From Albugo candida (Eukaryota): a stretch of 64,000 bases of DNA. Location of the stretch: NCBI GenBank assembly GCA_040437565.1, contig JBDOQK010000013.1, positions 124,001 through 188,000 on the forward strand. Direction: 5' to 3'. The notes beneath the pieces were generated by a model. It was not told where the DNA came from. It searched no databases and saw nothing but the letters and a program-made list of their open reading frames with translations. Position numbers and translations under genes: made by a program. Below, piece after piece: positions 49,761 to 62,159 of the stretch. Position 1 is the first letter of the stretch, and each line of letters starts with the position of its first letter.

Positions 49761-52700
49761 GGCCGCCGCTATGGCCACAGACATTGATACTACGGCCACA
49801 AACAATTGATCTAACCAATCACAGCTCACCAAATTTAAGAAAAACGACTTTTATCTGATCCAAAAATTAAAGTTTGATCTTGTAAATGTAGATGATCTGT
49901 AATTAACGACACCCAGGGAGCTTAGATTTGGAAGATGTTTTATTAGGTTCTTAGTACACTTAACAGTTAATCTAAGCCTTTACAAACTACTGCATCTTAT
50001 CTGCACATTCATTATGTTGAACATCGAACACTCCCCCTCAACATGCTTCAACGGCTTCCACTTGACTTAATGAGGTGTTCGAAGTGTTTTGTCGATATTG
50101 GATTTGTCAAAAATTCGGCTAGTTGCTGTTTCGTTGGGATGTAGTCCAATCGGGTAGCTGCGTATTTAATGTGCTGGCGAATAAAATGATGCATGATGTC
50201 GATATGCTTCGCTCGACTCCGATAACCATCGTTTGTTGCAATTGCGATGGCGCTCTGATTATCCACAAGTAGTTGGATAGGCCTGTCGAGCTGATGTCCC
50301 ATTTCTTGCAATAACTGCTTCACGCATATAGTTTCTTGCACACACACAAACATTGCCATGTATTCAGGTTCAGCTGAAGTAAGCGCAATGCTTTTCTGCA
50401 GTCGGGATTTGTATACAACTGGAGTTCCATTTACCATGACCATAATGCCGGATGTTGCACGTCGATCATCTCGACTGCCTCCCCAATCTGAATCGCTGTA
50501 GGCATTAACCATCAGTTCTCCATTTTTACCGGTAAATATCAAACCAAGTTCCGAAGTTGTCATCTGGTGCTCATTGCGATATAAAGTAGGGATCCAATCA
50601 ATGAACGATATGGCCTGTTCTTCAGGTTTTCATCTTCATTTGAGGTTTGTGTTAGTTTTTGACTTGTGCAAGCTGGATTGTAAACAGGAGCTGACTTTTC
50701 TTGGCCGAATTTATCAATTATCCGCTTTATAACAGCCTTCTACGACAAGTGCATCACTTTCATTTTGTTGTCTTACGATAATTCCATACTCAAAATGTAC
50801 TTTGCCGCACCCAATCTCTTCATTGTGAATATTTGGCAAGTAGTTTGCTGATGCCTTCTATTACATCGATTGATTTTGCTGAAATCAACATGTCATCCAC
50901 ACAAAGTGCGATATACACGAAATTTGTTTGTTCAGGGCGAACGAAAATACATGGGTCGGATGTTCATCGCTTGAACCCAAGCTCCAATAAAACTTCAGAG
51001 ATGGTCCTGTACCATACTGCTGATGCTTGCTTCAATCCATATAAACTTTGTTGCAGTTTGCACAATTGACCCGGCTTTATTTTCAATCCTGGCGGTGGCC
51101 ACATGTACACATCTCCTTCCAAATATCCATTAAGAAATGCTGTTTCCACATCCTACTGGTGAATTTCGTAACCAAGTTGTCCCACAGACACTGAGGAATA
51201 CTCTGATCGAACTAGTGCTTTCAACTGGAGCATATGTTTCCTTCTAGTCGACTCCAGCTGTTTGTCGAAATCCTTGCGCAACCAGTCGTGCCTTATATCT
51301 CTTAATTGCACCATGTTCGTCTCGCTTTATTGCAAACACCATTCAGATCCGATCACCTTTTGGTCGTTTGGACGATCTACTATTTCCCATGTCTTCTTTT
51401 CATCCAATGACTTGGACTCTGATGCTATCGCATCTTTCCACTGGACACCTTCACCGCTTTGCAAAGCTTCCTAATATGTTGTAGGGATTTCAATGGCTGC
51501 GTTTGGTTGCTCAGACATAAGCCGAAGTCGCATTAACTCTCGATTGACTTCATCATGATCGAGCTTATTTTCATCTGCATATTGAATAATAGCATCGCTG
51601 AACCCACTTGCTGGTGGGGCTCGATGGCGACGTCGGGGTACGATACAGGTGTCGTGATTATGAGAATACTCACCCATCTCGATTCTCCCCCTCTACACAA
51701 TATTGGTTGCTGGACATTGGCACTGAGTAGTAAATTGGCTGGGACGTACTGGGATAAGTTCTCGAACATAATCTTCATCCACCTCCATGGAGGAAGGGCC
51801 TTCAACTTCGTGATCCAAGGATACTTAGGGTGTGTCGGATCGTCCAGGTACCGTAGGTTGGTGATTGTGGTATGGTTGACCAGCTCGATCAATTTCCATA
51901 AACCGAGGTTTCTAAGACTCGATGCGCACACATGGAGTACGATGATCATCATCAAATGAGTTCCGTCTTGGAGTCATTTCAGGGTTTTGGATAACGACTT
52001 GAACATACTTGGTCTGATTTACTTTTGTTGGGTGAATACTTCGGGATATCTCCACTCGCTTGTTCGATGTGTTGAATACCCGATACGCTTTCGAGTCGCC
52101 AGCATATCCCAGGAAAATAAGCATGAGTAGGACTTCGCGCCTAATTTAGATCGCTTCGACTTGTCGATATGTGCAAAGCCAGTACATCCAAAAACACGGA
52201 GATGACTGAGATCTGGCTTTTCTTTGAAACAAATTTCCATTGGTGTGCAGTATGGTCGAAGACTTTTTGGAACGCGAGTTTGTGATGTATGCTGCGGTAT
52301 TGACCGCTTCTGCCCACCAATCCTTTGCCACATTCTTGTGCTCAAGCATTGCACGAGCTATTTCCATGAGTGTACGTTCATTCGTTTCGCCAAACCATTC
52401 TGTTGCGGTAAGAACGGGGCCGTTGTCTGATGGACTATCCCGTTTCGTCTACACTCTTCCTCGAACCGCCTGTTCACAAACTCTGTACCGCAATCCGTAC
52501 GTATACACTTGATCCTGTTATTGGTTTGGCATTCCATCATGGCTTAGTATTGGATGAAATAATCGAACACTTGCAATTTTGTCCGTAGAAAGTAAACTTT
52601 GACCAATCGTGAGTAATCGTCGATAAACGTCAATGTATATCGAGAACCACCTGCTGATGCACTTGGGCTCCGGTGGAACATTCTTGCGTTTGATTAAGTT

Positions 52701-55700
52701 GAGCCAATGAAAGATGACCAAAACGAGCATGCCATATTTCTCAGTCTTGACTGTCTTCGCTGGAAGATGCCGCCGAAGCCGTTTCGGTTGGTGTCCTTGG
52801 GAGTGTATATAGCTTGTACATCTTCCCACTCCGCTTTATGCGTATGATCGTCTCGGTCTCTGACTTAATCTCGCAGCAGTTGTTGTCGAAAGAGACATTA
52901 AGTCCACGGGCCACTAATGAGGGGATTGATAGTAGCCGTCAGTCCAATTTTGGAGCGTACAACAAGTCATGAATGGTGACATGTTCACCATTGCTGAGAC
53001 TAACCGGTATTGAACCAGTACTAACAGCCTCGACTGTAGTTCCATTTGCGATTAACATTCTGATTGGACTTTCCAGATACATCAGTGCTACAAATTTTGA
53101 CTTGTCATAGCTCATATGACTGCTCGCATCGCTGTCCAAAAGCCAGTCATTCTTCTTTTGGGCAGTAATGCCATAAACGTATGATCGTTCCGGCTTGAAC
53201 GTCCTTTTTCTTTGCTTCGTTGAAAACATTTGGCCTGTCTGTGTTCACGCTTTCTACAGCTGGAACATTTTCCCATTAAACGCGCTCCTGTTGATTCGAG
53301 CATTGTTGGGTCTTGTCTTCGAAAACGTTTCTCTTGTTGCCTTTAGTGCAACCTCCTTTGATTCCTTTTTCTGCATATTGTCCCACTCTCGGCGAAAACT
53401 TTCACGCGCACTCATCAAGTCGATTCCAGGCATGTTTTCTTAGGATTTGTGTGATGTTTTCATAGTCTTCAGACAGACTACCCAAAAGCACCACGAGCAT
53501 TTCCTGCTCATCCATCACGTCTCCGATAGACGACATGCTCATCCTTAGTTCATCGAACTATATCATATGCTTCATCAAGCTGCTCTCTGTTTTTATCTTG
53601 AAGTCGTGCAGCTGACGTCGCACTTGCACTCGATTGTGTAAACTTTACGAACAAAAAAAATCCTTTAGTGTATCCCAAAGCTGCCTCGTCGATGTCGCAT
53701 TTTGGGATCATCGACCGGTATTGAGTGCTGAGCTTCATCGACAAGATGAAAAAGCCTTTAAGTTGTTCTCTCTCCAGACTTCCACCGCTTTATCGTCCTC
53801 GCTCTTGACGTTTACAGGTCCGTCGATATGGTCCAGTAGCCCTTTCTTCGCCAGTCTCATGCTCGCGTTGAACTCCCAATAAATGTATCTGTCGTCCCTG
53901 AGCACGTCATTGTTCGAATCTGCTGNNNNNNNNNNNNNNNNNNNNNNNNNNNNNNNNNNNNNNNNNNNNNNNNNNNNNNNNNNNNNNNNNNNNNNNNNNN
54001 NNNNNNNNNNNNNNNNNNNNNNNNNGAACCGCCTGTTCAAAAACTCTGTACCGCAATCCGTACGTATACACTTGATCCTGTTGTTGGTTGGCGTTCCATC
54101 ATGGCTTTGTATTGGATGAAATAATAGAACACTTGCGATTTTGTCCGTAGAAAATAAACTTTGACCAATCGTGAGTAATCGTCGATAAACGTCAATGTAT
54201 ATCGAGAACCACCTGCTGATGTCGTTTTCATCGGCCCCATGAGATCACTGTGAACTATTTGTAACACTTTCGTTGTCTTTACCTCATTACTCTTTGCCTT
54301 GGAAATGGTTCCACCGATGATTTTCCCTTTGCACAACCCGCGCAAACATTATCTTTGTCATCATCGTGAATCGAACGTTCTTTCACTTGGACTCCGGTAA
54401 AACATTTTTGCGTTTGTTTCAAGTTGAGCGAATGGAAGATGACCCAAACGAGCATGCCATATTTCCCAGTCTTGACTGTCTTCGCTGGAAGATGCCGCCG
54501 ATGCCGTTTCGGATGGTGTCCTCGGGAGTGTATGTAGTTTGTACATCTTCCCACTCCGCTTTATACGTATGATCGTCTCGGTCTATGACTTAATCTTGCA
54601 CCAGTTGTTGCCAAAAGAGACATTAAGTCCGCGGGCCACTAATGAGGGGATTGATAGTAGCCGTCGGTCCAATTTTGGAACGTACAATACGTCATACATG
54701 TTCACCATTGCTGAGATTAACCGGTATTGAACCAGTACTAACAGCTTCGACTGTACTTCCATTTGCGATTGATATTTTGATTGGACTTTCCAGATCCATC
54801 AGTGATAAGAATTCTGACTTGTCATAGCTCATGTGGCTGCTCACACCGTTGTCCAAAAGCCAGTCATTCCCTCATGTGCTCCATCAAGCTGCTCCCTCTT
54901 TCCATCTTCATGCCATATAAACGCATGATCGTTCCGGCTTGAACGTACTTTTTCTTTGCTTCGTTGAAAACATTCGACTTGTCTGTGTCCACACTTTGCA
55001 CAGTTGAAACATTTCCCATCAAACGCGTTCCCGTTGATTCGAGCATTGTTGGGTCTTGTCTTCGGAAACTTTTCCCTTGTTGCCTTCAGTGCAACCTCCT
55101 TTGATTCCTTTTTCTGCATATTGTCCCACTCTCGGCGAAGAATTTCACGGGCACTCATCAAGTCGATTCCATACATGTTTTCAGGATTCGTGTGATGTGT
55201 TCATAGTCTTCAGACAGACTACCCAAAAGCATCATGAGCATTTCCTGCTCATCCATCACGTCTCCGATCGACGACATGCTCATCGCGAGTTCATCGAACT
55301 TCATCATGTGCTCGATCAAGCTGCTCCCTCTTTCCATCTTGAAGTCGTGCAACTGACGTCGCACTTGCACTCGATTGTGTAAACTTTTCCGAACAAAAAA
55401 ATCCCTTAATGTATCCCAAAGCTGCCTCGTCGATGTCGTATTCCTGATCATCGACTGGTATCGAGTGCTGAGCGTCATCGACAAGATGGAAAAGCCTTCA
55501 AGTCATTTGCTCTCCAGACTGCCATCGCTGTATCGTCCTCGCTCTTGACGTTTGCAGGTCCGTCGATATGGTCTAGCAGCCCCTTCCTCGCCAGTCTCAT
55601 GCGCGCGTTGAACTCCCAGTAAAAGTAGTTGTCGTCCCTGAGCACGTCATTGCTCGAATCCGCTGCGTTTGGGCTCATAGCCTGTAGCTAATCTGTAACC

Positions 55701-56347
55701 AACGACACCCAGGGAGCTTCAATTCGGAAGATCTTTTATTAGGTCCTTAGTCCACCTAACAGTTAATCTAAGCCTTTACAAACTACTGCATCTTATCTGC
55801 ACATCGTCCATGTTGAACATCCAACAGTAGATCACATTCAGATCCGTGATCACATTTAGTACAATCGAAAGGATGATTAATTAATAAAAATTCTTAAACG
55901 CTTTCACGTGCTTTTTTGACTATAGGACCCTTCTCAATTTTGAATACGTCGAAAGGATGCCTCCCAGGAAGAGGAAGACGCCGACGTGCGGCGCTTGTCA
56001 TCAAACGGGACACCGACGTTTTATCTGCAGCGTGCCCCGTCAATGCACAGAGCCGAAGTCAATATCTCACAAGACTTGAACGTCATCCCATCGAAGATTC
56101 TCAACAGCAACAGCAACCTTTCCAACATCCTACTCCTTAAAGTATCTACTATTAACCTACCATACATTGACATCAGGGGAAAAAACGTACCTACGCTAGA
56201 ACAATATAAACAAAAACTGCGTAAGAAACAGAATAAGCTCGTGTATAAAAGTAGACAAGTGACCTGATTGGCTGGCGTACTTAGCAACAATTAAAATCTT
56301 TGAACTGTGATTGGTTAGATCAGTTGTCTGTGGCCATAGCGGCTCCC
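49761..56347. mobile_element. Non-autonomous Mutator-type element B (about 0.64 kb without the insert) carrying the Copia insertion
   Basis: Inverted ends GCCGCTATGGCCACAGACA...TGATCTAACCAATCACAG at about 49761-49830 and 56300-56347. Flanks are ATTAAAAAA and ATTAGAAAA (56348-56356). Confidence 0.78.
49887..55826 (-). mobile_element. Degenerate Ty1/Copia LTR retrotransposon
   Basis: 144-bp TG..CA LTRs (49887-50030, 55683-55826), TSD GTAAA/GTAGA, PPT GAGGGGGAG and PBS GGCTATGAGCCCA. Domain order is gag (CFNCAKCGHRQVEC), PR (WLLDSDASSHM), IN (VHSDLMGP, RTDCGTEF, PQQNG), RT (TAFLNG, SLYGLKQ) and RH (YSDSDW, DNQSAI), with many frameshifts. Confidence 0.95.
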
Positions 56348-57811
56348 ATTAGAAAAGTATGCAAAATTTCTTTATGACGTTGATTGTATTCCCGAGAAGG
56401 CTCTGCTTGATTCCATTTCGTCCATTACGATCGATTGGAATGGAACTTTAAAAGAATCTCAGCGACACTTTTTGCCGAGTTGGAAACGACACGGTTTCAA
56501 TGGCGTAGCATGAGAAGATTTGAATCTTGAGAGGACCTCCAGTTCGCCAGCTCATGCGTCTAATATCGTCTTGTTGGTAGAAAAAAAAAGATTATGGGCG
56601 TCTTGACCAGATCTATAGCACGTGGCGATGCATCTTGAATGCCGCGGTTGCCGAATACCATGCATTCTTTACCAGGTAACACATCGACTTTTCCATGGAT
56701 CACATTCATTTGTGACCAAGCCAACACTCAAACAAATGCATGCAACAACGATGGAAAGTCCATAAGTGTTGGAATTTATCATCAGCATTTGGCATACGCA
56801 AATTTGTACCGCTGGAGCAGCACGAAATGAAAGATGGCCGCCAACGATATCAACCAAGTTGTTATGATTAAGGACCCAATCGCATTTTCATTGATCTTTT
56901 TCGATGTTCTTTAATCACTTGAATTAGTCATCATGTGAAAAGCCAAGCGCTTGGACGCCCTAACAGCCATTGACATGGTTCGGATTGGAATCTCTTCTCG
57001 CCTTGTTTCACGCCAGGTGAAATAATTGACTTTTGAAGGTTTTGACTCAGAAGTCTTGACACCAATGGTATGACTTTGTTGTCATTTTGGATTTGGTTAT
57101 TCCAAAAAGATGTCCCACTTTCAGACTTGCAGGCTGTGAGTGCTTGGATGACTCAGCAAAGCGAGATATTGCGCTTTTGTATTAATTATGCGCCTGCATA
57201 TCTATCGATCGTTGTGCGTCCACAAAGCGCAATTTTTGACTTCTCAAATAGCTATATCGCTGCCAAGTTGGAATCAAACTCACCAACGAGAGAAAAAGAA
57301 TTCAATTAAAATATTATCAACAACGCGGTACCTATCCTGAGCTCGCTTTAGTGGCGAATTAGATTGTGTTCCTGGCATTGGAGGCAAACCATTGCATTAT
57401 GTCGTAATTTGCACTATATCAAGGCAAGGATCTTCCTGATTCCGACGTCAACAAAGCTTATTCCGGAGACGACATCCGACCAATGCAGACTGGGCACTCT
57501 TCAAGTCCAAGAAAGATAATTTCCCTATCAGGAATAGACAAGTGTCCAAACAAGCAGCTGGGATGATCACGCTGTCGAAGAGTTACAGACGATCCAGTAC
57601 CCTCGCATCAAGCCGACCGGGTTATTTGGCATTACGTCCGGGGAAGAAGGCGATGCGACGGATTGTTCGCTTTCCGTCCGCTGTAGTTCGTTCTTTAGTA
57701 TTATGTAGCAAAAGGAGTAGTTGGCCGATCTGGGTGCGATGACGCACGCCTACAACCGAGAAATCGGACAGCATGAAGTCAAGCAGACACTACTTTCGCT
57801 GCGTTCGAGTC

Positions 57812-58676
57812 TCAAGCTTTGAAAAAAAAATCAAGCTCAGCATCAAATAATTTAAGTTGAGTCACGCTTCTCCGTGAGAGAATACGCCCAACATAGCAGA
57901 TCGTGTCACCTTGCAACTCCCAGATAATGTCAAGTTTTGCGACCTGGGCAAGATTCTCAGTCAAAAAAGACCAGAACGTCATGGCGGCGTCTAGATCGAT
58001 GCCAGAACCTTTGGAGATGAACTTTCTCGATATGGCCACCTTCATCTCGATAAAACCGCTGTCTATGTGATCAAACTCCAGATGCACTCAGAGAAGCACT
58101 TTGGCTTCCGCCAGAATTCACAACTACATACAATGAGAAAATCGGTCAAGACTTTTGTCTCCCCATCAGCCTCGAAGCTCAGTCTCAGGCTCAGCACCCA
58201 ATTGTACATGGCAATGGAATCTAACGCCGCGGAACGTAGTACGCGATGGTAATGCCGGGGAAGTCCACAAGACGTTCTCAGCATGAGCTGTTCTTGCTGT
58301 AACTATTACATACAGAATGAAGTAGACACTGTTTTAAATGCTGGGTGCGTTGATGATGGCAAAATTGATTCTGTTTTATGTTTGTCGTTTCCTGCTATTC
58401 TTCCTCTTCTATGCCTTTCTGTCCGCGTTTACGAACTATCTGGCTCTACCTGTATTTTGTAACTAACGTTCGACTATTCCTGTACATATCAGCCAAGATC
58501 TGATAGACGTCCCTTCCGTGCTTTTTGAAGCTCCGCGAGGTTTACTTGCACCATCAGCTTTTCTCACCTTTTCCAACAGACACTTGAGATTGTCAAGATG
58601 GCTTGAACTCACGCTCAGAAACACACCGGAACACAACGCGGTAAGGATAGCAAAGGGACAGTTGAAAAGCTATCAT
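57812..58676 (-). pseudogene. Probable pseudogene of a secreted protein
   Basis: ATG at 58676. Removing one C gives the signal-peptide-like MIAFQLSFAILTALCSGVFLSVSS-SHLDNLKCLLEKV. Broken ORFs follow on the same strand; their linkage is inferred. Confidence 0.35.
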
Positions 58677-59525
58677 TAATTAGCTCTCGTCGAAATCTTT
58701 TGAGGCTACGCAATGGAATTGTTGGATCAAGTGGAATGTACTGATAGTCTGGTTAGTAGCCTCAACGCTCTATTTGGATCGCCAGCTGATGCTCACCGGT
58801 TTACAATCGCTTCTTTTTCGGTAGAGTTTCTGAATCGCTTTGACCAGAAGAGGCGATTAATCAGAGCAGCCTTTCATCTCCCTATACATCTGAGAAGGAA
58901 GGCTTCTTTGTCCTCGCATCATTGCTTTCCGAATTCTAAACCCACGAATCCACCACCTGACCATATTTTTAGAGGGTAATCTCTGGACTGCAGGTNNNNN
59001 NNNNNNNNNNNNNNNNNNNNNNNNNNNNNNNNNNNNNNNNNNNNNNNNNNNNNNNNNNNNNNNNNNNNNNNNNNNNNNNNNNNNNNNNNNNNNNNCTGAT
59101 AGACGTCCCTTCCGTGCTTTTTGAAGCTCCGCGAGGTTTACTTGCACCATCAGCTTTTCTCACCTTTTCCAACAGACACTTGAGATTGTCAAGATGGCTT
59201 GAACTCACGCTCAGAAACACACCGGAACACAACGCGGTAAGGATAGCAAAGGGACAGTTGAAAAGCTATCATTAATTAGCTCTCGTCGAAATCTTTTGAG
59301 GCTACGCAATGGAATTGTTGGATCAAGTGGAATGTACTGATAGTCTGGTTAGTAGCCTCAACGCTCTATTTGGATCGCCAGCTGATGCTCACCGGTTTAC
59401 AATCGCTTCTTTTTCGGTAGAGTTTCTGAATCGCTTTGACCAGAAGAGGCGATTAATCAGAGCAGCCTTTCATCTCCCTATACATCTGAGAAGGAAGGCT
59501 TCTTTGTCCTCGCATCATTGCTTTC

Positions 59526-60140
59526 CGAATTCTAAACCCACGAATCCACCACCTGACCATATTTTTAGAGGGTAATCTCTGGACTGCAGGTACGTGTTCT
59601 TGTCTTTCTCTTATTTGTTGTAATTCACAACATGCATTTATGTGTCTAGCCGTTGGTGGGTACACGGGAAGCCTGACCGTCTTTTCTCTTCATGCGTCCA
59701 AACCCCTGTGTAATAGGGTGCGGGGCATTTTTACATTTACTTTTAACATTCGAATTCTAAACCCACGAATCCACCACCTGACCATATTTTTAGAGGGTAA
59801 TCTCTGGACTGCAGGTACGTGTTCTTGTCTTTCTCTTATNNNNNNNNNNNNNNNNNNNNNNNNNNNNNNNNNNNNNNNNNNNNNNNNNNNNNNNNNNNNN
59901 NNNNNNNNNNNNNNNNNNNNNNNNNNNNNNNNNNNNNNNCCACCTGACCATATTTTTAGAGGGTAATCTCTGGACTGCAGGTACGTGTTCTTGTCTTTCT
60001 CTTATTTGTTGTAATTCACAACATGCATTTATGTGTCTAGCCGTTGGTGGGTACACGGGAAGCCTGACCGTCTTTTCTCTTCATGCGTCCGAACCCCTGT
60101 GTAATAGGGTGCGGGGCATTTTTACATTTACTTTTAACAT
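59526..60140. repeat. ~225-bp tandem repeat (at least 2 copies) upstream of the secreted-protein gene
   Basis: Unit 59526-59750 restarts at 59751 without a gap. The copy at 59940-60140 differs by one base (GTCCAAACC vs GTCCGAACC). Confidence 0.6.
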
Positions 60141-60160
60141 TTTCAGTCTCACGATTCTTT

Positions 60161-60177
60161 TCACTTTCAAATTTTCC
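60161..60177 (+). promoter_or_regulatory. Oomycete INR+FPR core promoter
   Basis: TCACTTTCAAATTTTCC matches YCAYTYY followed by MWTTTNC, starting about 33 bp upstream of the ATG at 60194. Confidence 0.6.
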
Positions 60178-60193
60178 AGCTACCTCAATAAAA

Positions 60194-60721
60194 ATGATCT
60201 ATACCATATCGTTCCTCGCCGCACTCTTCCTCAAGGATGTGGATTCACTGTATTCTGATGACCACGGCATTTGTATGTTGTCTACTACGGAAACTGGAGG
60301 CATAGGTGTTGATATGAATGGATGCCCAGCCCTATCTGAAGTCATCAAGAATTCGATTATAGCTTGCCACAAAGATACTGATGAATACTGTCCCAAAGCT
60401 TTTGTATATGCTCTTCCCGAATTACTCGATGCAATTTTTCAGCCTAGAGCCCCGGTTGACAATTCTGACGTTATTAAAAAAGCGAAAAATTTGCTTCCGT
60501 ATATCAAGAAAGGAACCAAAATAACGAATGATGATTATGTCATGATGGCGTATGACTTTCTTACTAATTATCTCGAGGGCAACTACATGGAAGCTATAAA
60601 GAAGCGACCAAACTTTGAAGTGCATCCAAAAAAGCCTCGCTTCAACAATGTCATAAACTTCTCCTTCCTCACTGCATATGCTGCACTTGTAGTAGATTGT
60701 TGCACAAATCTACCCCAGTAA
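60194..60721 (+). CDS. Orphan small secreted protein (175 aa, 6 Cys), candidate effector
   Basis: MIYTISFLAALFLKDVDS-LY signal-peptide-like start; intronless; AAAAATG context; AATAAA right after the stop; INR/FPR upstream. Confidence 0.7.
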   Translation: MIYTISFLAALFLKDVDSLYSDDHGICMLSTTETGGIGVDMNGCPALSEVIKNSIIACHKDTDEYCPKAFVYALPELLDAIFQPRAPVDNSDVIKKAKNLLPYIKKGTKITNDDYVMMAYDFLTNYLEGNYMEAIKKRPNFEVHPKKPRFNNVINFSFLTAYAALVVDCCTNLPQ

Positions 60722-62159
60722 AATAAAGCCTTTTGCTGCTTTCAATCCTACTGCAGTCTTTGTTTTCTTAATTAGAAAGGTTTATTCGTGCTAGCATGAT
60801 GGAACCTTTACACACTCCCTTCTTTAGTCGTACATTACAAACAGAATTTGTGCTGAACGCTCGCCATGAAGCTTTAAGCCATCTCGTGTTCCCACTTGTT
60901 TCGTCCAACATCATTTGAGCACCTAGGAGTACACATGTAAATGATAGTCTACGGAGCCGGTCATGCAAGTATACACGAAATTACATATGCTGCAATACGA
61001 GAAGCAATCTTAGAAGTAAGTGTTTGAGTGTCGATAATCCTTACAGAAGCTACTTTCTTCAAGGAAAGGGCTTGTTCAGACACTTTATCTACAACCATCT
61101 GCATACTCCTAGTGGTGAGCAATGAACGCGCGGAGCACAGAAAACGATACGAAGCAAAAAGAATGGTATCAAGTGATCATGCAAGGAAGAAATGGTAGCA
61201 AAGCATCACGGGACCGATTCCACCTAATGGAGAATAGGACTGGCTAAGGAAAAATTGACCCAGCGTCCGGATTACGAACAAGCGATGAAGGCATCAATGA
61301 ATTTTACTGCGCCACATTGAAGACACCAGAGCCTTCATTACGAAAAGAATCTGGGACATTCTTTCGCGATCCTTCGTTTCAAAATGAAAGAAACGCAAAC
61401 TTCTGTTATGGTATGATTTGATTAGGACATTCTCTCACTTGATTGAGAGGATCATATACAAGCTGCACTTTGTAATAGTCGGCTGGAAGCTTTTCCAGCG
61501 TTGGTCCAGCGCGTCTGTGAGAGGACAACCGTACTCTGTCCTAATTCGTCCAATTTTCCATATTCATTTGTCTCGCTGTTATAAAATACCAACACGTCGC
61601 CAAGAAAAACTCATCAAGTACGAGTATCCTGATGGGTTTCATCCGATCCCAAATCACTCGCCAGCTCAACTTTTTGATGGGTGACATGATCCTTGTAAAG
61701 CGTATTTTCAAACGAGCAGTGGCTCCGCTATTGTCGCCTCTTTTTCTTACGCTTTCAAATGCTCGAATCGCATAATAGCCAGTCTGTCGACGGGAAATAG
61801 CTTAATCATTCTTTGTAGTATTGCTTTTCAAAAACTTTGGCTCGAACCTCGAACGTTGGACGCTGTTTTCTGGGCTGGAATTCCCCGTTTACTTGCTTTT
61901 TCTACTTACAAATTTAAGTGCGTTAGTGCTGTACTCGCACACACAAGTTAGTTTCTTTATTTCGCATCAAATTAATCTTTCTGAAGCCACGGTCGGCAGC
62001 CGCTTTTCTGAGATCACATCGGGGAAATCACGATTAAACATTTTCGAAATAGCGGTTGTGAGACAAATAAAATGCGATCGGGAAACTCTCAGCAACATTG
62101 TTTTAAAGTACCTCAATTTCAGATATCCGCATGCTATGATCCCGCTTGGATAAGGAATG

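Noticed and set aside
60083..60193. N-terminal extension of the 212-aa ORF
   Set aside because: This stretch contains the INR/FPR promoter, and ATG 60194 gives a signal-peptide-like start in a good context.
60260..60400. CHxC/CCG effector motif in the secreted protein (HGIC, CHKD)
   Set aside because: Cys spacing does not fit CHxC or CxxCxxxxxG.
60760..62150. Short ORFs between the secreted gene and the GCN1 fragment
   Set aside because: Stop-riddled with no motif I can recognise; possibly decayed gene or TE sequence but unsupported.
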